This document shows positions 10,634 through 20,157 of a DNA stretch of 56,771 nucleotides, one piece after another (positions within the stretch are counted from its first letter, which is position 1; the number at the start of each line of letters is the position of its first letter). Position numbers and translations under genes: made by a program. The notes under the pieces were generated by a model. That model saw nothing but the letters and a program-made list of their open reading frames with translations, was not told where the DNA came from and searched no databases. The DNA is from Vitrella brassicaformis CCMP3155 (Eukaryota; Protista; Chromerida). The stretch spans positions 1-56,771 of the forward strand of contig CDMY01000532.1 in NCBI GenBank assembly GCA_001179505.1, in the 5' to 3' direction.

Positions 10634-13600
10634 GCATTGACCTCAACCATTGTCTGTGTGTCCGAATCATCCATGAATCAGTCCGCCCAACAAACAAACG
10701 CAATCTAAGAGGTGTACCCCCTCCGCCACCCCCACCACCCCCACCACCCCCTCCCCCACCGCCACCGCCACCGCCATCGCCTTCGACCGCCCGAGACACA
10801 GTCGATCCGCCCCCGGATGCCCGAGACACGACGGGTCGAGGCGGGGATGGTGAAGGTGGTGCTTCGCAGCCCGCACCGCCGGCGCGCCGAGCTCGGGGGA
10901 GGGGTCGCGGGAGAGGAGCACGTGGAGCCTCACGAGGCGCCCGAGGTGCTCGAGGTGGAGGCGGATTTGTACCCCCGCCGCCACCCGGCCCGCCACCCGG
11001 TGACCCGGGAGATGGCGGGGCAGGAGACGGTGACTCGGGCGGCAGTGGGCCGCCCCCAAACGGAGGAGGGCCTCCCCCTCCCCCAGATCCGCCACCTGAC
11101 CCGCCCCACGATTCCCACTGGTTTCGCTCGAGAGGAATTTTCCCGCAGCGTGGGCTTGATTACCTCCGCAGCCTCACCGCCGAGCAACGGGATGACCACT
11201 TCAAGCTGGGCGTTCGCACCATATCCCGCATGCCTCAGTGTATCCGGGAGTCGCTGAAGATGGTGGTGGATACCACCGAGAAGTACGTGAAGGACGAGGA
11301 GGACTCGGATGTCGGCTGCCTGATAGCTATCTTCTTGCCCACTATGCTTCTCTTCCCGATGAGTCGCGGCGGTACGGGCGGCCGCCGCAAGTGGGGTACT
11401 CGCTTCAAGCGGTTCTGGGCTGGAGAGTGGCAAGGATTACTCGACGAGTCCAGGAATTTTGCTGAACGGGGTCGCCACGTATTTGCTCCACGTGGCGATG
11501 GACCAGTGGAAGGCGTGTCTGAGCCATCCCCGGAGGAGATCAAGCTGCGAGCGGCAGAGAGATTTGTGAGACAGGGAGAGCTGTCGCGTGCAGCAAGACG
11601 GCTGACGGCTGCCAAGGTCGCTCCAGCGACGGCGGCGACACTCCAGCAGCTCAAAGATCTACACCCTGCGGCACCGCTTCCCACAAAGCCGCAGCCCCAG
11701 AACGGCCCAGATGGACCGCCCCTCCCTCTCACGGTCCCGCCCAGAGTTCTACTGGCTGCCCTCAAGACGGCGCCGCGAGGTTCCGCGGCCGGCCCTACGG
11801 GATGGCGGTATGAGCACCTTCGTGCCTGCATGGGAGAGGGTGACGCCTCGGCAGAAGATTCGACTGTCCCTCTACCCTCCTTTGTCGGCCGGATGCTCGC
11901 TGGGAACATGCCGGACAGCTGCACCACGACTCTTTCGGCCGCCCGCCTTTTCGCCCTGATGAAAGACAACGGTGGTGTCCGGCTGATTGCTGTGGGTGAT
12001 GTGCTTCGGCGATGGGTGACGAAGGCAGTTTGTATGGAGAACAAGCTTGCCTTTGAGGAGGACTTCTCGCCCCTACAGTTTGCGGTCGGTACGTCGGCAG
12101 GCGGAGAAAAGATTTTCCAGGCCTGTCAGACCTACATGGAGACACGCCACGATGATTCCGATAAACGGGTTTTGGTGACTTTGGACTGCAAGAACGCCTT
12201 TAACAGCAGCGACGGTCAGGCGATCCTCGACGAGCTCGGCACAAAGTGGCCGTCCCTTGTCGATTTCTTCTGGCAGTTCTACGGCTCCCCGGCTGAGCTA
12301 TGGTATCGCATGGAAGACGGACGCATTGAGACCATCCTCACTCAGGAGGGTACCCAGCAAGGCGACGCGGCGGGCCCTTTCCTCTTCTGCTTGGGCCTCC
12401 ACCCCGCTCTCGTCAAACTGCAAGGGGAGTTCCCCGACGACTTCATCAGTGCGTTCATGGACGACATCGATGGCGGATTGGACGAGACACGTGTTACGAG
12501 GTATGTGGACAGAGCCGAGCAGCTTCTGGCCGAGAAGAAGTTGAGGCTGCGGAGAGACAAGAGTGCTGCATGAAGCCCCGCTGGCAACAAGACTCCGACA
12601 TCTCGGCGGACATCGCTGCTTCCGGCGTCAAGTGCTCTACTGAGGGCATCACTGTTCTCGGCTGCCCGCTTGGCGGCAAATCTTTCATCCAGCACAGCCT
12701 CGAGAAGATCACCAGCAGCCATCAGCCGCTGCTCGACGCAATCGTGACTTTTGCTCAGAAGGGACTGCAGGGCTCAGGCCTTCTTCTCCGCTATTGTGCA
12801 TCCCCCCGGCTGAACTATTGGCTGCGCCTCCTTCCCCGAGAATCCGATGTCTCCCTGGCAGCCGCCGAGCGACATGACGCCGCCATTATCACGGCATTCA
12901 GGCGCATGTTCCGCTTTCCCGGCGACTTCCCCGACTCGGTCTCCGCGCAGGTGCAGCTACCCATCCGGCTGGGAGGATTTGGCCTTGTCTCTGCATCCAC
13001 GATTGCCCGTGCGGCTTTTCTGGGCTCGATCGGTGTGACGGCATCTGATGTCTCTAGCCGGTTCCGAGAAGCACCATGGATGCCTCAAGGTGGGCCCGCT
13101 GCTCTTCTGGATTTGCCCTGGCTTCAAGCTGCAGTCCCCGCCCTCGCTGCCATCTCTGAAGTGGTCGGCCCCTCCTTCTCCCTCCCCTCCCTCCAGGACC
13201 TTATCTCGAGGCCGCAGGTTCGGCTACAGCAGCGCCTGACCGATCAACTGCACAAGTTCCACTTCAACGAGCTCTTCAACTCCCTCCCCCCTGACAGCAG
13301 AGCCCGCGCCCGGCTTCTGAGCTGCCAAGGGCCTCTTTCGTCTGGTTGGCTGTCAGCAATCCCCTCTAGCGATAGCAAGACACTGAACAACTTCCAGTAT
13401 CGCCATGCCGTCGCCGGGTGTCTCGGCATTGCCCTCCCGCACGCAACCGTTTCGCAGCGATGCATCTGCGGTGGGGAGGTTGACAAGTTTAACGATCACT
13501 TCTACGTGTGTCACACCGGCCGTGAGCGGGTCACGAGACACAACAACATGCGCAATTTGTTTGTTCGCATCCTGGCTGAGGCAGATGTTCCTTCCAATGT

Positions 13601-14390
13601 GGAGGTGTCTCTGCACAGCCTCGGCATCACCCCGCCTGACGACAACCCCAACAACCAGCGCATGGACATCTACTGCGTGATCGACGGCAGCGACTACTTG
13701 CTCGACGTCACCGTCGCCCACCCCTGCCGCCCTGACAACTCCCCCATTCCCTTCCACCGGACAGTCAACCGGCGTGGCGCACAGCTTCCTGGTGGCAAGG
13801 CGGCTCAGCTTGTGGAGAAAGACAAGATCGACAAGTATGGACCAACCATCCAAGCAGCCGGCTTCCGCTTCGTGCCTCTCGCTGCGGAGACATTCGGCAG
13901 ATGGGGAGAGAAGACCATGGACTTTCTCAAGATGCTCGCCAAGCGAAAGCCTCGCCCCACATCCATTCCCACGGAGGAGGACACAGCTTTTCGAGAGAGC
14001 ATCGTCAACCATTGGAGCCAGCTCCTGTCCGTCGAGCTGATGAAGCACAACGCGTTTCAAGTGGCGAGTCGTGCACAGCGCGCGGCGGCCGCCAGAGGGC
14101 CACGGAGGGCCAGCGCGTTTCCGGAGGACTTCGTCAGCCGCGGGCCTTACAGGCCACACACCAGCCCCGCTCCGGGGCTGTGAGGTGGCTGGCTGGACCT
14201 GGATTTCGTGATTGTGTGTGTCGTGCTGCATGTCTCGCGCTTGTTTGCAGTGTGCGACATGTTTTCGCAGTCAACGAGCGTTTGGCCATTGTTCTTTGCA
14301 TGTATTGTTCCCTTTTCCTTGCTTGGTACGATTGATGCTTAGACGAACTTCGTCGCCCGTTCATGTACCTACTTAAAGAAGAATAAAACT
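10524..14390 (+). mobile_element. Near full-length RLE (CRE-type) non-LTR retrotransposon, family A
   Basis: Frame open from 10540 to 12573: poly-Pro, RG/RGG repeats, then GELSRAARRL...LHP...GSAAGPTGWRYEHL, GGVRLIAVG, LQFAVG, LDCKNAFNS, GTQQGDAAGPFLF and FMDD (RT). After a -1 shift, 12570-14183 encodes a CICGG...HFYVC knuckle, RHN and RLE (RMDI, DVTVAHP, EKDKIDKY, ETFGRWG). The 3' UTR ends in an A-rich tail near 14390. The 5' limit is uncertain and no TSD was found. Confidence 0.93.
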
Positions 14391-15051
14391 ACTACCGCTG
14401 GATGAGAGTGACCCCGCAGCGGGTGCGGAGGTTGCAGGCGACTGGTGCCGATGTGGTGAGTGGCCGTGCGCCTGTATGGAAGTCGCGAGAGATGATAGCC
14501 ATGCTGCGGGCCCGTCAGACGGCCTCGGGAATCCATCGGAGACACGTCCCCCCGCTGCCATCAATGGACCGACCCGCCTCGTACCGCCTCCCTCTCCCCC
14601 GGCGGGCATCGCCAATGGATCCCACAAACTGGATGGGCAAGTGACTCGAAAAACAGAATGTGGCATGTGTTGGCCAACAGAGGGGGTTCGAGGGGCTGCT
14701 GTGTATGGACGATAGCTGTCCCTAAGCGAGGGCTATCGAGACGTGTTGAGAGCGGGACTCAGCAGAACCTCCCCTCAGAAGTTGACGACATCGCTCAGGC
14801 TGAACCTGACGTTGTCGCTCATGCTGGTCGCAAGAGAACAGGTAGATTTTGCACCAGATCTTGGTCAGGGATGCGAGGAATGACGACTCGTGAGGGAAGG
14901 AGGCCGGCTCGAGAAGGACGACGGATGTCTTGGTTGGCTCAGTGACGATAGCCTGGACCTCTCGCTGCGCCCACGTGAGTGATCGCATGAGAGTGCAGAG
15001 GAACGCTGGCAATGCCGGTGAAAGAAAAACGAATGGACGAAGGACGAATTA

Positions 15052-15465
15052 AGCTTTCCGGGAGAGCGTCATCAACCATTGGAGCCAGCTCCTGTCCGTC
15101 GAGCTGATGAAGCACAACGCGTTCCAAGTGGCGAGTCGAGCACAACGCGCTGCGGCCGCCAGAGGGCCACGGAGGGCCAGCGCGTTTCCCGAGGACTTCG
15201 TCAGCCGCGGGCTGTATAGGCCACACACCAGCCCCGCTTCGGGGCTGTGAGGTGGCTGGCTGGACCTGGATGTTGTGTGTGTGTCTTGTGTGTCTATCGT
15301 GATGCATGTCTCACGCTTGTTTGCAGTGTGCGACATGCATTTGTTTGCAGTCAATGAGCGTTGTTCATTGGCTTTGCATGGTTGTGCTCCCTTTTGTTTG
15401 CTTGGTACGGACTGATGCTTAGATGAACTCCGTCGCCCGTCCAATCCAGGGTTCAAACATAAAAG
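15052..15465 (+). mobile_element. Severely 5'-truncated family A copy (end of RLE plus 3' UTR)
   Basis: Aligns with about 13985-14370; ends ...AAACATAAAA. Confidence 0.9.
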
Positions 15466-16399
15466 CCTACAGAGGGAGAGCACACAAGGTCTGTTACCGC
15501 ATGCAATGCGGTTTTTTTCTTCTCTGTCGCTGATTCCGATGCGGTTCTGCTTGGACACGTCAAGATGTCATTGCCGTCACGTTGCGTGTGTTCCAGCAGA
15601 TCTCGAGGTGGCTCTTCCGATCTCAAGCACGCTCCCAACCATCATTCACGAGGCAGTCAGAGTCAGCGCATCAGTGAGTAAAGCCAATGGGCGCGGTGAG
15701 CGCTTCTACGGAAGGGAATCTCTCCCAACCAACCTCACTGACTGGCCTTGCTTCAGTGTGTTAAGCTACATAGCTTGGAAGCGAACAGAGAACAACGGAT
15801 AGTAACGCACCCCGATCGGATGCTTCTTGCCCACTGGGCGAGCCACAGCAAAAACGTCAGGCCCAGTTGCAGTCACGCACACAGCAAGCAAGCAAAGACG
15901 AGAGAGATAGTGAGTCCATGCTGGGCGACAGGAAAATCAGACACACGTTATTCCCCAGATAGATGCCCTCTGACTACCTTCCCAACACCAACGCACAACC
16001 TCTCCCATCCCATTCATTCACTGTGGTGCACAAACATAGTCAGCCATCATGTCGTGGAAGGATAGGCACGCTCCTCTTCTCGTTTCTGCATCTCTCATCT
16101 TCTCCACTCCTCTTCTCGTCTCTGCTTCTCTAGTCCTGACGCGCTGGTCACCCGCTGCTATCTCGAACTGCTCCTTGTCGTGCCCGTCCCAACGTAATAA
16201 GGCAGGAAGGTAGAGGGAAGGGGAAAGAGTAACATACATCTCCCAGCCCATCGTCGTCAGCACGTCCACATCACCAGGCCGTCGTCCATCATGCCCATCA
16301 TCTCCGCTCTTCACCGTCACAGACGCACGAGAGGCACGCCTCCCTCCTCAACTCGGACTCCGACACTGAAGCGGTATAAGCCGAGTGCAGCTTTTCTGT

Positions 16400-16500
16400 A
16401 GCTGATTATCCCGTCCTTTGAGTGCGCCGTCGAGTAATCTTCGCGCCTTGTGCGCTGGCGGGTACTCTTTCCGGGGCATTACCAATGTGCACCCTACACG
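16400..16500 (+). repeat. Diverged solo copy of the 177-bp repeat unit
   Basis: GATTATCCCGTCCTTTGAGTGCGCCGTCG...GGGGCATTACCAATGTGCACCCTACA aligns with GACTATCTCGCCCTTCGGATGCGCCGTCG...GCGGCATCACCGATGTGTACCCCACA at 10506-10600. Confidence 0.75.
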
Positions 16501-16860
16501 TGTGGGATGGATGAAGGGCAGTGGGGTATTGGGTCGGACAGGGGTCCGGTCATGGCTTGTTTGCAGTAATCGAATAGCAGGGACACTTGGTCTAGTTATT
16601 GTATGCATGCTGATGGACTCTTTGTGCATTTGCACTGAGACACTGATTATAGTACTCCCCCCCCAGATGCACAGCAGCCGATGAAGAAGATGCGCACGCT
16701 TCGCTGCTTCTGCGGCTGCTGTGTTGCGGTTCGTCCCCCCTCCGCCGCGAGCTTGTAGACTGTGCTTGTAGTCGAAGCTCGCTCCTTGAATAGCAACGAA
16801 CCACGCGTTCTGGTCCACAGGTGCGTCAACAGAGATGTCTTTCACATACCTCTCAAGTGC

Positions 16861-18219
16861 ATGCACTGCCTTGCCAATGCAGATCTGATGTCTGACTCTC
16901 TCCCGCTCGTGGCGCCTCGGCCTCGGCTGACGGCCATTGCCAGCCAGCCCGTTGGCACCGAGATCCTCGGTTTCGCCATTGAGGCCATCAAAGAGAGCGG
17001 CCCACTTCGGCTCATCAACAGGCACGATTTTCATCGACACCTGGTCAATGCCGCGTTCTTCCAGAGATGGATTGATGAGAGGCACCCGGCGGCTCTCCGC
17101 GCATTCATCGTCTTCGACGTGCGTCGCGAGGCCAATGTCCTCTTCGTTGCCATGTGCCTGGTGCGTGACGGCGGCAGGTGGGACGACTGGCCTGACTATC
17201 TGAGCGTGCTGTCTGGTGCCCGTGAGGTGACGCTGCCGATCCGCGTCACCGATGCTGACGTGGAGCTGCTGCGGGCGTCTGTGCCCCGCCTGGTCCACGG
17301 GCTCAAGACGGGTGACCCTGACGACCTGAAGAATCATCAGCACGAGTGGCTGCAGCCTCGTTTTGGTCCCAACGTGCGGCGCATCATCATCGCTCAGGAG
17401 GGAGAGGAGATGGGCATTCGACAGGCAGGTGTCGGACGGCCGCCGCGTTTCGTGGACTACGGCTCCGAGGATGGTGGCACGTTGTTATTCTGGAGCTACA
17501 CGGCTGCTACGTGCAACCGATACGGCACCGATGTGCTGCTTCGCGATTTTACCTGCCGTCAGTCCATCCGCATCGGACTCAGCTTCTCATTCCGCAGCCC
17601 GCTTCCGCCCCCGCCGAATGGTGTCTGTCTGACTGTGCTGCGGTTCCTCGCCAACCAGGCCCGACCCCTCACTCCCACATACGCTGCGCAGCTTGAAAGG
17701 CCACCAGTTCCAGATTGTACGGAGGCATTTGATCCGTGGGTTTGGGTGCTCCCTGAGGGCGACGATGGCCCTCCGTGCGTCGTGTCCCTGCTCAGGGGTT
17801 TCCAAAGGGACCCAGTCGCCGGCGCAACCCTCGACATTGTCATGACGAGCCTGATCAGCCCCCAGCAGTGGCCGAACAGCCCCGTCGACCACCCCGGCGA
17901 TCTCGAGGGAGGCGACCGCGACCTCCCCTTCGTCACACCGACGTCGGTGGTGGCCCATGTCGGGGCCGGACCCGACGGCGTGGAGTGCATCGCCTGGTCA
18001 GATGGGGCCGGGGCGAGTGTGGCGCCCGTCTTGTCGTTCATCCACGATCAGCTCAACACCAGCGGCCGTCGGCTGGTGCACCAGGGGGTGATCGATTTGT
18101 TGACATTCGTCAGTGGGCTGAGAGGGTCCTTCCCGAATGAGGACAACGTGGCGGTGGAAAAGTGCTTTCTGCTGCACAGACCAGAGGCCATCCACTGGGC
18201 TGGCAGGGCAGAGGGCTAG
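16861..18219 (+). CDS. Intronless hypothetical protein (about 445-485 aa), no recognised domain
   Basis: Long uninterrupted ORF with coding-like GC3 bias and no microsatellites. ATG candidates at 16861 and 16888; stop TAG at 18217-18219. Confidence 0.7.
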   Translation: MHCLANADLMSDSLPLVAPRPRLTAIASQPVGTEILGFAIEAIKESGPLRLINRHDFHRHLVNAAFFQRWIDERHPAALRAFIVFDVRREANVLFVAMCLVRDGGRWDDWPDYLSVLSGAREVTLPIRVTDADVELLRASVPRLVHGLKTGDPDDLKNHQHEWLQPRFGPNVRRIIIAQEGEEMGIRQAGVGRPPRFVDYGSEDGGTLLFWSYTAATCNRYGTDVLLRDFTCRQSIRIGLSFSFRSPLPPPPNGVCLTVLRFLANQARPLTPTYAAQLERPPVPDCTEAFDPWVWVLPEGDDGPPCVVSLLRGFQRDPVAGATLDIVMTSLISPQQWPNSPVDHPGDLEGGDRDLPFVTPTSVVAHVGAGPDGVECIAWSDGAGASVAPVLSFIHDQLNTSGRRLVHQGVIDLLTFVSGLRGSFPNEDNVAVEKCFLLHRPEAIHWAGRAEG

Positions 18220-18792
18220 GGGGTGGGTGCGGGAGGGGTTTTGATGATCGGTTTAGTTGCCCTCGTGTCTATGTGGGGGCTCGAGTGCCATAGACGAGTC
18301 ACGTATGCTCCTGTCGCTGACATAGGTGATGGATTGATTCAATGAGACACACATAAAGGCATATCTGTCAGCTCAAATGTCTCCATCCCCTTCGCACACA
18401 CATGAAAGTGGGAGCATTGACAGCAAAGAAGCATCGTGAACGACATCACACACACATGACGCATAGCACACAGACACACGGGAGCGGATTGCTCTGGCTG
18501 TCGGCAATATTGCCGACTCGCACGAATGGACATACCTACGCACCCTACACCTTTGAGCCATTCATGTCGACTCCATCAGATGACGCCACACCACATAAAA
18601 GGCCACATTGCACGCCACGCGATGCCCGTCAGGAGAAGAATGGCAGGCGGGCAGGCACACACACAGACAGAGAACCAGAAAGACGTACAGCACACGACTG
18701 AACGCAACGCAAAGACAGGTCAAAACCACCACAGGCATGTCGTTCCAAGTCACCGGCTGGTTGTTCAGCACAAGCAGCTTGTCCTACCCTCC

Positions 18793-19656
18793 CTACGAAG
18801 AGGACGCAATCGTGTCCGATTCGCCATTGGTCGCGGTCTCCTGGTCGGTCGTGACTGGCTCCATCTCCGCCACGTTCTCTGAGTTGGCCGCTAGGCGGGC
18901 GGCAGCCGTCGTGGTCCTGACGGTTGGCGGCTTGGTCTTTGGGGCCAGGGAAGGCACAGCCTCTTGGAAGCGGATCGTCATGCTGTTGCTCTTGCCGGTA
19001 TTGGCCATGTATTTGGCGCTGATGGACTCCCAGTCGATGACATCGTACAATCGTCTCGTCGGTACGTCGATGTGACGGGACTTAGGGAAGCGGCCGGTGA
19101 CGTCCACATGAAGCTTGCTCTTGATGCCCTTCTCGCCCCAAGACACCATCCCGGTAGTCGCGTTGTAGAAGCCCTTGATCTTGAATGCTCCGTCGGCGTC
19201 GGTTCCCCCGCCGGAAACAGTGCCGTCGTACTCGAATGTGAGCATGTACTTGGTCGTCCAGCTGTCGCCGTCCTCCTGGTAGGTGCCCACCCACACGCCT
19301 GACGGAGGGGGCGTGGCGGTCAGTGTGGGCTTGATGCGCCTCCTCCGGGTGTATGCGAGACGACTGGGCATGAGCATCTTGACACCCCAGATGATGAGAA
19401 AGATCAGGCCGACACCGCCGATGATCCCGCAGATAATGGAAACACTCATGGCAGCGGTGCCGCTCAGGCGACCACTAGACCCGAAGCCTGCTCCAAACCC
19501 TCCACCTCCACCACCACCACCTCCACCGCCACCTCCGCCGCCCCCTCCCCCCTTCAGACGGCGGTTCTCCGCTTCGACGAGAGTGGGGATGGCTGACAGG
19601 AGCATCAGCGTGATCAGAAGCACCGCCACCACATGAAGGAGGCGCCGCATCGCCAT
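18793..19656 (-). CDS. Intronless type-I membrane protein: signal peptide, poly-Gly, TM helix, cytosolic beta-rich domain
   Basis: MAMRRLLHVVAVLLITLMLLSAIPTLVEA signal, then a poly-Gly run, TM ICGIIGGVGLIFLIIWGV, RRRR on the inside, and GVWVGTY...LTFEYDGTVSGGGTDADGAFKIKG. Confidence 0.75.
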   Translation of the reverse strand: MAMRRLLHVVAVLLITLMLLSAIPTLVEAENRRLKGGGGGGGGGGGGGGGGGGFGAGFGSSGRLSGTAAMSVSIICGIIGGVGLIFLIIWGVKMLMPSRLAYTRRRRIKPTLTATPPPSGVWVGTYQEDGDSWTTKYMLTFEYDGTVSGGGTDADGAFKIKGFYNATTGMVSWGEKGIKSKLHVDVTGRFPKSRHIDVPTRRLYDVIDWESISAKYMANTGKSNSMTIRFQEAVPSLAPKTKPPTVRTTTAAARLAANSENVAEMEPVTTDQETATNGESDTIASSS

Positions 19657-19921
19657 TTCTTCTCCCCTCACTGTCCGAGATGACGCAGATGGATAAGCTG
19701 GGTGGATGTGGCAGTTGCACGGGGACAGACGAAGAGGAGCAAGGAGGGAGCGCTGCAGCGCTAGACGAGATGATATGGAGAGGAGAGAGAGCAGGTCGGT
19801 GGACTGGCGAGATGTAGCAGATCCAGTGACTGGCGGTCGCTTCTCCTCACAGGCAAACGGATAAATGTCTGCGGCCGTGATGCGTTGGCGGGGAGGGGAG
19901 GAAGGTGAGAACTGAATCCCC

Positions 19922-19965
19922 AGGGTCTAGGGTCTAGGGTACACTTAGCAGGGTTTGGGTTTAAG
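19922..19965. promoter_or_regulatory. Telomere-like (telo-box-like) motifs in a divergent intergenic region
   Basis: AGGGTCTAGGGTCTAGGGT and AGGGTTTGGGTTTAAGG lie between the divergent starts at 19656 and 20158. Confidence 0.3.
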
Positions 19966-20157
19966 GTCGCTATTGAACGAATGGAGTTCCCTTCATCGGT
20001 GTTGGCTTTGTTGTTCAGCCCCCACCAACTACCTGCACAAGAGGATTTATAAATTTTAGGAGCGCCGCTTGCATGACAGAAACAATGGGACGTCACAGTA
20101 AACACTCTGCCGTTGGGCCGTCCCGTCTTCGTTTTTTTCTATATACGCCTAGACAAG

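Noticed and set aside
4277-14231. Long minus-strand ORFs over the retroelements (such as 4277-5083 and 13353-14231)
   Set aside because: Antisense shadows of GC-rich coding sequence; no motifs.
14400-15050. Cys-containing frame (WCRCGEWPCAC) suggesting a gag-like remnant
   Set aside because: Interrupted by stops, with no LTR, PBS or other supporting motif.
16071-16132. Short direct repeat CTCCTCTTCTCGT(T/C)TCTGC(A/T)TCTCT
   Set aside because: Low-complexity pyrimidine duplication with no functional context.
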